A DNA stretch of 10,363 nt from positions 1-10,363 of the forward strand of contig JBAXKK010000083.1 in NCBI GenBank assembly GCA_037137395.1, in the 5' to 3' direction. Within the stretch, counting starts at the first letter, position 1, and every line of letters begins with the position of its first letter. The position numbers were made by a program, and so were the translations under genes. The notes under the pieces were generated by a model that saw only the letters and a list, made by a program, of their open reading frames with translations, was not told the origin of the DNA and made no database searches. Below, piece by piece: positions 1 to 7,588 of this stretch. Origin of the DNA: Elusimicrobiota bacterium. GTDB taxonomy: Bacteria > Elusimicrobiota > Elusimicrobia > Elusimicrobiales > UBA9959.

Positions 1-551
1 ATCGGTGTCTTCTGGGCGCCGAGCGCGCGGGTGAGGATGTTCTGAAGAGGAGATTTGTCCGCCTGCTCCTGTGTGAATAGTCCTTGGCGCACATGTTCCA
101 TTACCAGAGAATGGTCCTCCGTGATTTGCTGCAGCACTCCGTCGCGGAAAAGATAGACGCGGGAATCTCCGATATGGGCTATAATGATCCTGTCGCCGCT
201 CAGCAAGATGGCGCTCAGGGTCGTGCCCATGCCTTTTTTTTCGGGGACGGAATTACCGGCTTCGTAAATTACGCTGTTTGCAAGTTGTACGGCGAAGCCA
301 AGTTGGTTTGTTTCAAGGGAGTATTTGTCGTCGTAGGCTCCGGGTTTAAGGCCGGTACGCTGCATGGAATCCAATTTGTCGCGGGTAACATTTACAGCCA
401 TGGCTGAGGCCACCTCGCCGGAACTGTGTCCCCCCATGCCGTCAGCCACTATTGCCAGGCTCATGGCCGGGTCGGCCAGAGCGCAGTCCTCGTTATTGCT
501 GCGCATCTTTCCGGTATCCGACAAAAAAGCCAATTCCATCTTTAATCTCAT
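1..551 (-). CDS. PP2C/PPM-family (Stp1/PrpC-like) Ser/Thr protein phosphatase; 3' end runs off the window
   Basis: Not in the ORF track; hand translation gives MRLKMELAFLSDTGKMRSNNED...AIVADGMGGHSSGEVAS...GMGTTLSA...HIGDSRVY...TEDHSLV...NILTRALG, the standard PPM motifs (RxxNED, DGxGG, GTT, GDSR, DHS, TRALG). The ATG at 551-549 overlaps the upstream TGA (ATGA); an in-frame alternative ATG is at 539. Confidence 0.95.
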   Translation of the reverse strand, partial: MRLKMELAFLSDTGKMRSNNEDCALADPAMSLAIVADGMGGHSSGEVASAMAVNVTRDKLDSMQRTGLKPGAYDDKYSLETNQLGFAVQLANSVIYEAGNSVPEKKGMGTTLSAILLSGDRIIIAHIGDSRVYLFRDGVLQQITEDHSLVMEHVRQGLFTQEQADKSPLQNILTRALGAQKTP

Positions 552-3550
552 TTTCTTTCTTCCTCCGGGTAGATCAGCGGGAGCGTTTTTTCAAAATCAG
601 GGCCGCTCATTGTCAGGGGCGCCGGCTTTGGAGGCGGCTGTGGGATGGGCTGCGGCCGGGGCGGCGCCTCGGCGGTCAGCTCCTCCGGTTTTTTTTGCGA
701 TACAGGAAGGGCGGTTACAGGCTGATTAAGTTCCACTTTGTTGAGCCCCGGGGTTAAAGTATCTGGCCGGGGCGCCGCCGGTTCCGGTTTTGGAACCGGA
801 ACTTTTAGCGGCCGGGGTTCCATCTTCAGAGTCTGTGCCACCCCGAGTTCCTTTTCAATCACGGCCAGGGGCGGCGCCTTTTGCTGTGGCGCGGCTGAGC
901 CCGGTTGGGGTTGAACGGGGGCGGTGGGATGGATCGTGGATCCGGCCAACGGCATCTCTGGCGCCGGCTTAGGGGTGGTAACCGGGGCAGTCAAAACTTT
1001 TCGCTCCGGCTTTGAAATTTCTGTGGTCGCGGGCGCATTGCTGAGCAGCAGGCGCCTTATATCTGCCGCCATTTCGGCGCCAGTCTGATATCTTTCATCC
1101 GGGTTTTTCTTAAGCGCTTTGTCAAGTATCGGCGCGATCCCTTTGGGCAGATCCGGCCTGACCAACATGGGGTCGGGGTAGGGGTCCGAGCTTATCTGGA
1201 AGAAAAGAGTTCCGATAGCTTCTCCCCCTTTCCAGGGGCGTTCTCCGGTAAGAAGTTCATACATCGTTACACCCAGCGAGAAAAGGTCAGCCCTCCCATC
1301 CACTTTTTTTCCGGAAATTTGCTCCGGGCTCATGTAGTACGGGGTGCCAAGCACGGTTCCCGTGGCGGTCTTGGAAGAAGCCTGAATGCGGGCTATGCCG
1401 AAGTCGGCCACGCGCAGCGCCCCGTCCTCAAGTAGCATGATGTTGGCCGGCTTTATGTCACGGTGTATGACTCCGTTCTTGTGGGCGTAGTCGAGGGCTT
1501 CGGCGGCAGTAGCCATGTAATCCAGCACTTTTTTTACTGGTAGCAGATTATCCTTTGAGGCCCATTTTTTTAGATCCTCGCCTTTCAGAAGTTCCATAGC
1601 CATGTAGGCGATATCCTGTTCTTCTCCAGCGTCATAAATCTTCACGATGTTCGGGTGGGAGAGATTTCCGGCCGCCTGGGCTTCCCGAAAAAAACGATCC
1701 TTCATTTCTTTCAGCGCTCCCTCTTCAGTCCCCTCCTCGAAACGCAGTGTTTTAATGGCTACAGTCCTGTTGATCTTGGGATCGCGTCCCAGGTAAACTA
1801 TGCCCATGGCGCCTTTGCCCAGCTCCTTTGTGATCTCGTAGCGGCCGAGGGTCGGGGTTGTCGAGGATCCGGCAACCAGCATAGTGGACTCGCTGGTCTT
1901 GCCGACACCGCCTCCGAAGACCGCGCCGTCCGAAGCCTTGTTGAGTATCTTAATCTTGCTCTGGATATCTTTGTAAGCGGGGTCCTTGGTCGCTATGTGT
2001 CCGTATACAGCGACGGCTTTATTGAACTGGCGCTTTCTCTCAAAATCCAGGGCCAGATTGTAGAGCAGCTCTTTCATCGTGTCGTCCACGGGGCAGTTCC
2101 TGAACTTCTCAAAGGAGAGGTCCAGCATGCCCTGCCCCTGGAAGGAGAGGCCCAGCATCTTGTTGGTCTCTATGGCGGAAACCTCTATAAGTTCTTTTTT
2201 CTTTTCCGTGGAAAAAAAACGTTTTGTAACTATAAAAATATAGCCTGCAACCAGCAGGAAGGAAGGGTAGGCAGTTTTGACCCAGAGGCCTTTGTGCGTA
2301 AACAGGTGTATGCCCGCGCCGCTTAAGCCGGCCAGCGCCAGGGCCGCCAGAACCGCGCCCAAACCGGCCCTGAGACGCGGCAGCAGGAAAGTGATGAAGA
2401 GTCCCGTGAGGATAATAAGTCCCAGCTCCGCCTTCGTCGCCCAGTCCGGCTTTACTATGAAATGACCGTGCAGGATGTTTTCCGTGACATTGGCCGAGAA
2501 TTCAACGGCCGGAAGATTTTTTTCTACCGGCGTTACGTAGAGGCTTCCGACTCCCTGTGCGGTGAGGCCGATAAGCACGATTTTATTCTTAAAAGCTTCG
2601 GGAACAATCTTGCCGTTAAGCACGTCGTAAAAGGAATAATATTTGAAGGACGTTTTGCTTTTATTGAACGCGACCAGCATGGAGGAAGAGTAATCCAACG
2701 CGACCTTTCGGTTGCCCAGCGCAAGCAGGCGCCCCGGAGTTATCAGAGCGTCGGAGGGATTAAGCTTTAGATATGTCCTGGCCAGCTCTTCCGCGAATGA
2801 CGGATAAAAATTCTGGTTGTAGGCGAGCAGTGGGTATTCCTTCCTGACGGTCCCGTCGCTGTCGTTGAAAATGTTTACATGGCCTATGCCCGCAGCCGAG
2901 GATGCCAGTATCTCAACCGGCGCGGTGAAGTCCGAGCCTTCTATCTGGATGTCGGAGGCGTAGGCGGACTGTGTCACGGTGGCGGCGTACTTTTTAAGCC
3001 AATCCGGTTCCGGCCTCGGCTTTGAGACCATCTCGTCGGTTTTAAAGTACATGGGCAGTACGACATTCCCCGCCCCTGAGATGGCGGCCGCCAGCTTGGC
3101 GTCGTTATCCATGTCTTTGGCCGTCTCAAGCAATATTTTTTCAAATTCCGATTCCTTCGTGGTCTCTTTTATTTTTTTAGCCGCCAGAAGTTCCAAATAT
3201 TTACGGCGTAAAAGATCAGTAATCACCAGATCTTTGTTGTTTTCAGGTTCCGAAAAAAGAATATTCAGACCGATGACGGCGGGTCTGGCCGTGCCGGTGG
3301 AAAGCCATGTGATTATGTCCGCCACGCGTGAGCGGGGCCAGGGCCAGCGTCCTATTTTTGAAATACTGTCATCATTTATCTCTATGATGGCGATTTCGTT
3401 TTTGGAAGAGGTTTGCGCGGTGAGCTGGGCCCGGAAGTCGTAAAACTTCAGTTCCAGGGGTTCTATTCCGGTCCCGGAAAAATAGAAGAATAACACGGCC
3501 AGCGTTATGGCCACACCCCATATTGTGTTGGAAAAAATAAATCTTTTCAC
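548..3550 (-). CDS. CHASE2-domain membrane Ser/Thr (Hanks-type) protein kinase: N-terminal TM, CHASE2, 3 TM, TPR-like segment, kinase, Pro-rich tail
   Basis: CHASE2 hallmarks: LELKFYDFR, IAIIEINDDSISKIGRWPWPRS, GHVNIFNDSDGTVR, FKNKIVLIG, followed by three hydrophobic helices. Intact kinase motifs: LGKGAMGIV, VAIK, HRDIKPAN, DFG, GTPYYMSPE, DLFSLG. GTG start with a GGAGG SD upstream. Confidence 0.95.
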   Translation of the reverse strand: MKRFIFSNTIWGVAITLAVLFFYFSGTGIEPLELKFYDFRAQLTAQTSSKNEIAIIEINDDSISKIGRWPWPRSRVADIITWLSTGTARPAVIGLNILFSEPENNKDLVITDLLRRKYLELLAAKKIKETTKESEFEKILLETAKDMDNDAKLAAAISGAGNVVLPMYFKTDEMVSKPRPEPDWLKKYAATVTQSAYASDIQIEGSDFTAPVEILASSAAGIGHVNIFNDSDGTVRKEYPLLAYNQNFYPSFAEELARTYLKLNPSDALITPGRLLALGNRKVALDYSSSMLVAFNKSKTSFKYYSFYDVLNGKIVPEAFKNKIVLIGLTAQGVGSLYVTPVEKNLPAVEFSANVTENILHGHFIVKPDWATKAELGLIILTGLFITFLLPRLRAGLGAVLAALALAGLSGAGIHLFTHKGLWVKTAYPSFLLVAGYIFIVTKRFFSTEKKKELIEVSAIETNKMLGLSFQGQGMLDLSFEKFRNCPVDDTMKELLYNLALDFERKRQFNKAVAVYGHIATKDPAYKDIQSKIKILNKASDGAVFGGGVGKTSESTMLVAGSSTTPTLGRYEITKELGKGAMGIVYLGRDPKINRTVAIKTLRFEEGTEEGALKEMKDRFFREAQAAGNLSHPNIVKIYDAGEEQDIAYMAMELLKGEDLKKWASKDNLLPVKKVLDYMATAAEALDYAHKNGVIHRDIKPANIMLLEDGALRVADFGIARIQASSKTATGTVLGTPYYMSPEQISGKKVDGRADLFSLGVTMYELLTGERPWKGGEAIGTLFFQISSDPYPDPMLVRPDLPKGIAPILDKALKKNPDERYQTGAEMAADIRRLLLSNAPATTEISKPERKVLTAPVTTPKPAPEMPLAGSTIHPTAPVQPQPGSAAPQQKAPPLAVIEKELGVAQTLKMEPRPLKVPVPKPEPAAPRPDTLTPGLNKVELNQPVTALPVSQKKPEELTAEAPPRPQPIPQPPPKPAPLTMSGPDFEKTLPLIYPEEERK

Positions 3551-3572
3551 CTGTTGCCTCCGTTAATATCTG

Positions 3573-5708
3573 CTACTTGCTATCGGAATTGTGTCCAGCG
3601 TAATAAGCCAGTGTTTCTTCCATAAAATAAATATTGGTCATCAATAATAAAAAAACAGCGAGGAAGAGTAAGCCGACTGTGTTGAAAATGGCGTTCTTGA
3701 TTCTGATTGCGCGCATATCTGAGTATTCAAGTCCGGCTATCCGGCTGAGTTCCTCGCGCGGCGCCGGCGCTATTTCGGCTGGTTTTGCGATCGGAGGTTT
3801 TTCAATGGGGCGTCCTTCGATATCGAACTCCGGCATTGAGGCTTCCTGCGTCAGCAGATCTTTCCGGTATTTTAGGTAGCTCTGGTGTCTGAGATTCTGT
3901 ACGCGAATGGCGTCGCGGTTGACCATGTTTTCCGTGATTGCGCTAATATGCGGGTTTGTGAACATTATTGATATTAGCGCGTTTGCCGCCAAAAAGAAAA
4001 GAGCGGGGCTGGAGAGAATGGTGAATTGTTTCTGCGTAAGCGCCGCGGCCAGGCCCGCCAGCGCCGCGGTGCCGGCCAATATCAGATAGATCTTATCGGG
4101 GGGAACCGGCTGGCCTGCCTTAAAATAGATGTAGGTAAACAGGATTGACATCAGGTAAGCTGTTATGGAACCGGCCTTTGCCCCCCAGTGCGGTTTAAAA
4201 ATGAACTTTGAGGCCGCGAGAAACAGGCACAGAGAATAGCTCGGCAGATTGGCGGGCGAGGCGATGTTTTCGGAGGCGACCTTGAGGCATAAAAAAGTTT
4301 TTGATACCATGTCGGCAGTCTCCGGCGCCGGAACGTATACGCCGGCGGTATAGGCCGTCAAAGCGGAGGCGCACGACAATAAAAGGCGCATAGGAGTAAG
4401 CTTAAGCGGCTTCATTATCAGCGCCCAAATCGTGAGGGCGAGGCCGGCCGTAAAGAAGAAGCCGGCGCCATACGGATTCGCGGCGAAAGGAGAGATCAGC
4501 GATTTAGCCAGTCCGGGTTCGGGGTTGCCGGCGGAACCGGTCAGCAGGAAGCAGCCTATGGCCGCGAACGTTACCGCGAAATATGTTGTGGTTTTTATAG
4601 TGTTGTGGAGCGCCGGAAGCTGGAGATTTTTGCCTTTAAGAGTCTCCCTGCGGGGTGAGACGGGAGCGCCGAGCGGGAGGGCGCTGTTGACCGCATCAGC
4701 GGGCCGCGAAGCCTGCGCGGGCATCAGGCGGTCGGAAACCAGTGTGGCTATAGGCTGCCTGTACTCGGGAGGCGGAGGAGGCGCGGGTGTGGCGGCCGCT
4801 TCCGCTGCGAAAAACTCTGAGATCTTGGGCAGATCGATGGACCGTTCATTTGAAACGGCCGTCCCGTCATTTTCGGCCGCTCTGAGGCGCTTTATTTCAC
4901 CTATCACCTGAGCGGCGCTTTGGTAGCGATCTTCAGGTTTCTTACGCGTGAGCTGCTCCAGGACGCGGGAGATCCAGAGCGGAAAATCTGGTTTAAGAAG
5001 TATTATGTTGGGGAAAGGAATGCCGATGTGCTTGTGTATGACTTCTATGGAGCTTTTGCCTTCAAAAGGATATTTGCCGGTAAGCAGATAAAAATAAGTG
5101 GCGCCTATGGCGTAAAGATCGGCCCGGTGGTCCACCTTGCCGGCCAGGCCCTGCTCCGGAGACATGAAGTAGGCGGTCCCAACCATTTCGCCGGCCATAG
5201 TCAGCTGTTTTTCCTCGCTTATGCTGCGGGCTAGGCCAAAGTCCACGATCTTCGGGTGGCCGTCGGTGCCCAGCAGAATGTTTGCGGGTTTTATGTCCCT
5301 GTGTATTATTGTTTTTGAATGCGCGTGCCGCAGCCCGTCTAGCACTTCCAGTATTATATCGGTCGCGGTGTCCGGGTTCAAGGGGCCTTTTTCCGCGATT
5401 ATATCCGCGAGACTCTTGCCCTCGATATAGGACATTATGATGAAATATGAGCCGTTCTCTTGGCCAAAATTATAAATGTGGACGATGTTCGGATGCTCAA
5501 GCTTGGCGGCTGAGCGGGCTTCCCGCAGAAAGAATTCAATATTGCGCTCTTCGCGGGCGAGTTCCGCGGAAAGAATTTTAACGGCCACCATCTTATTGAT
5601 GGCGTCCTGCCGCGCCGTATAGACAGAACCCATGCCGCCCTGGCCTATCTTCGCCAGGATCCTGCAGCCCGCGAAAGCGGTGCCTATTAACTTGTCTGTT
5701 TCAGGCAT
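3573..5708 (-). CDS. Ser/Thr (Hanks-type) protein kinase with N-terminal catalytic domain and polytopic (~8 TM) C-terminal membrane region
   Basis: Motifs IGQGGMGSV, VAVK, HRDIKPAN, DFG, GTAYFMSPE, DLYAIG; a Pro/Ala linker; about eight hydrophobic segments counted by eye. The ATG overlaps the upstream stop (TGATG, 5706-5710). Confidence 0.93.
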   Translation of the reverse strand: MPETDKLIGTAFAGCRILAKIGQGGMGSVYTARQDAINKMVAVKILSAELAREERNIEFFLREARSAAKLEHPNIVHIYNFGQENGSYFIIMSYIEGKSLADIIAEKGPLNPDTATDIILEVLDGLRHAHSKTIIHRDIKPANILLGTDGHPKIVDFGLARSISEEKQLTMAGEMVGTAYFMSPEQGLAGKVDHRADLYAIGATYFYLLTGKYPFEGKSSIEVIHKHIGIPFPNIILLKPDFPLWISRVLEQLTRKKPEDRYQSAAQVIGEIKRLRAAENDGTAVSNERSIDLPKISEFFAAEAAATPAPPPPPEYRQPIATLVSDRLMPAQASRPADAVNSALPLGAPVSPRRETLKGKNLQLPALHNTIKTTTYFAVTFAAIGCFLLTGSAGNPEPGLAKSLISPFAANPYGAGFFFTAGLALTIWALIMKPLKLTPMRLLLSCASALTAYTAGVYVPAPETADMVSKTFLCLKVASENIASPANLPSYSLCLFLAASKFIFKPHWGAKAGSITAYLMSILFTYIYFKAGQPVPPDKIYLILAGTAALAGLAAALTQKQFTILSSPALFFLAANALISIMFTNPHISAITENMVNRDAIRVQNLRHQSYLKYRKDLLTQEASMPEFDIEGRPIEKPPIAKPAEIAPAPREELSRIAGLEYSDMRAIRIKNAIFNTVGLLFLAVFLLLMTNIYFMEETLAYYAGHNSDSK

Positions 5709-6658
5709 CAGAGTCTTCTGTCCTTTACGTAGAGGCTGCCCTTGCGGTCGGGAAGTTCTTTGGCGTAGTGCTTAAGCTCAGCCGCGATTTGCACCAGCTT
5801 CCCGTAGTGCTTAAGCGCTTTTGGGGTTATAGCCGCGATCGTCAGCGATATTATAGGAAAATTGCGGGTCTTGTTTTTTCTGTCCAATGTGACGATATAG
5901 CCCCTCTGTCTGTCTTCTTCTGTATAAAAAGATCCTATCGTTCTGTCGAATTCCTTCACTATCTCTTCTCCCGCAGCCTCCAGTAGTTCCGGTTTCGCGA
6001 CCAGCACAAAATCGTCACCTCCTACGTGCCCCAGGAAATAATCATGGCCGGCGTGCGCCTTGGCCGCGTCGCTGAGTACCGAGGCTATATGTTTAATAAC
6101 AATGTCTCCCTTGGCATAGCCGTAGACGTCGTTATAAGCCTTGAAATTGTCGGCGTCAATGTAGGCGAACGCGAACGGAATCTCAGTCGCCATGCGCTTA
6201 AGGACGTGTTCTTCTATGGCCGGACTGCCCGGCAGGTGGGTGAGCGGGTTGAGGGAAATGTCCGTGCTCTTGCGTTTAAGGATGCGGTTGATGCGCGCGC
6301 GCAGTTCCCGCATGTCAAAAGGCTTGGTTATAAAGTCGTCAGCGCCCAGTTCTATGGTCTTAACTTTAACGTCAATCTCGGAAACACCGCTGAGGATGAT
6401 AATCGGGAGGTCGTGGGTGTCGGGGTTGTCGCGGATGCGCTTGCAGAGAGCATAACCGTCGAGACCGGGCATCCTGAGATCCATAAGGATGAGGTCCGGC
6501 TTCTCGGTGTCTAGAAAACGCAGAACTTGCTCTCCGTTGTCCAATGCAACTACGCTGTAATTAAATTTTTTCAGCACTGCCGAGATCAGCAGACCCACAT
6601 TCGGATCATCGTCAACGACCAACACTGTTTTATCGAGCACGCAGTCCCCCAATCCCAT
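5708..6658 (-). CDS. Response regulator receiver + GGDEF-family domain (GGDDF variant); putative diguanylate cyclase
   Basis: REC: VLVVDDD, DLILMDLRMPGLDG (phospho-Asp), LSG, DDFITKPF. GGDEF domain: NPLTHLPG, DADNFKAYNDVYGYAKGD, GHVGGDDF. The real start may be the GTG at 6640, which follows a GGGGGA SD-like sequence. Confidence 0.92.
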   Translation of the reverse strand: MGLGDCVLDKTVLVVDDDPNVGLLISAVLKKFNYSVVALDNGEQVLRFLDTEKPDLILMDLRMPGLDGYALCKRIRDNPDTHDLPIIILSGVSEIDVKVKTIELGADDFITKPFDMRELRARINRILKRKSTDISLNPLTHLPGSPAIEEHVLKRMATEIPFAFAYIDADNFKAYNDVYGYAKGDIVIKHIASVLSDAAKAHAGHDYFLGHVGGDDFVLVAKPELLEAAGEEIVKEFDRTIGSFYTEEDRQRGYIVTLDRKNKTRNFPIISLTIAAITPKALKHYGKLVQIAAELKHYAKELPDRKGSLYVKDRRL

Positions 6659-6733
6659 CAGTAAAAACTAAACGCGTAAACACTTTTAACGGCGCGGCCC
6701 GGCTGTGAGAGAAATGGAGGCGCGCCGATTTTA

Positions 6734-6763
6734 ATTATAAGATATATGTAATCCTGAAAGCAA
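6734..6763 (-). promoter_or_regulatory. Putative sigma70 promoter for the REC-GGDEF/kinase/kinase/phosphatase operon
   Basis: Minus strand TTGCTT (6763-6758), 18-bp spacer, perfect TATAAT (6739-6734), about 75 bp upstream of the first ATG. Confidence 0.6.
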
Positions 6764-6818
6764 TTGCCGGGGCAGGCTTCCGGAGCGTGGCGGCGCGGTG
6801 AATATTTTGAAAGACCCA

Positions 6819-6848
6819 TTGCGAAAAAAAGCAATTATGTGGTAATAT
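6819..6848 (+). promoter_or_regulatory. Putative sigma70 promoter for the HTH-REC regulator
   Basis: TTGCGA (6819-6824), 18-bp spacer containing extended -10 TG (6840-6841), then TAATAT (6843-6848), about 45 bp upstream of ATG 6893. Confidence 0.45.
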
Positions 6849-6892
6849 ATCAAAAGCCCAAAAACTTCAAAAACACAAAAAGGTTTAATTTT

Positions 6893-7471
6893 ATGCGCGT
6901 AAATACTTATTCCACTTTTGACATCGCCAAAATGCTGGAGATAGTTCCCGGGACAGTAGCGAACTGGGTGGACAGCGGCAAACTGAAGGCGTTCATCACT
7001 CCGGGAGGACACAGGCGCGTATACATGGAGGACCTGCTCGCTTTTTTGAAGGAAAATGCCATTCCTGTGCCGGAACTTCTGGCAAATTCTTCCCGCAGAA
7101 AAAAAATACTCATTATAGAAGATGATGAAAAATTCCTGAAGTTGATTGTTAAGGCTTTGAAAACTTTTAAGGATTTTGAGCTGCTGACGGCGACAGACGG
7201 TTTTCAGGCAGGCCAGATTGTGGAGGGGAGCAAGCCCGATCTGGTGGTCCTTGATATAATGCTGCCGGATATCAACGGCTTTAAGGTCTGCGAACTGATA
7301 AAAGCTAAGAACAAAAATACCAAGGTGATCGCCATAACAGGCTACGATTCTGAGGATATAAAAAAGAAGATATTAGATTCCGGCGCTGACGCTTATCTTA
7401 TAAAACCCTTTCATTTTAAAACTCTTTTTGAACATATCGGTAATTTTCTCGGTTTAAAAATCCGGAAATGA
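6893..7471 (+). CDS. Response regulator with N-terminal excisionase-like/MerR-type HTH (HTH_17) and C-terminal receiver domain (192 aa)
   Basis: YSTFDIAKMLEIVPGTVANWVDSGKLKAFITPGGHRRV is the HTH_17 signature (W..G.L....TPGGHRR). REC: ILIIEDD, DLVVLDIMLPDINGF, AITG, DAYLIKPF. Start reassigned from TTG 6764 to ATG 6893, which has an AAGGT SD-like sequence and sits where the domain begins. Confidence 0.92.
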   Translation: MRVNTYSTFDIAKMLEIVPGTVANWVDSGKLKAFITPGGHRRVYMEDLLAFLKENAIPVPELLANSSRRKKILIIEDDEKFLKLIVKALKTFKDFELLTATDGFQAGQIVEGSKPDLVVLDIMLPDINGFKVCELIKAKNKNTKVIAITGYDSEDIKKKILDSGADAYLIKPFHFKTLFEHIGNFLGLKIRK

Positions 7472-7525
7472 GAGTCCCAACAACGGCGACAGATCCGCGC
7501 TAGTGGCATCCAATAATAATCTTAG

Positions 7526-7541
7526 TGTAACTTTTGTTACA
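7526..7541. promoter_or_regulatory. Perfect palindromic operator-like site TGTAAC-TTTT-GTTACA
   Basis: 6-4-6 perfect inverted repeat 12 bp upstream of the -35 hexamer. It also reads as TGTAA-N6-TTACA or GTA-N8-TAC, the Crp/NtcA-type geometry. Confidence 0.6.
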
Positions 7542-7553
7542 TTCGGGCACACC

Positions 7554-7582
7554 TTGACAAAAATCAAAATAGGTGCTAGAAT
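7554..7582 (+). promoter_or_regulatory. Near-consensus sigma70 promoter
   Basis: TTGACA (7554-7559), exactly 17 bp, TAGAAT (7577-7582), with extended -10 TG at 7574-7575. Predicted +1 near G7589. Confidence 0.85.
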
Positions 7583-7588
7583 CAATTT

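Noticed and set aside
6100..6160. Possible Hypr-GGDEF (3',3'-cGAMP synthase, GacA-type)
   Set aside because: The specificity residue is Asp (YGYAKGD), not the Ser/Thr typical of Hypr enzymes.
84..6514. Numerous plus-strand ORFs (e.g. 84-407, 364-729, 1655-2326, 2979-3443, 4432-4911, 6026-6514) and the nested minus ORF 2533-2724
   Set aside because: Antisense or out-of-frame shadows of genes with clear domain motifs; no recognisable motifs of their own.
6893..7070. Prophage/ICE excisionase marking a mobile element
   Set aside because: The Xis-like HTH is fused to a receiver domain; no integrase, transposase, tRNA or att-like repeats were seen in the window.
6731..7113. Minus-strand ORFs 6731-7012 and 6907-7113, and the N-terminal extension of the regulator from TTG 6764
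   Set aside because: They overlap promoter elements and the real HTH-REC gene; the domain begins at ATG 6893.
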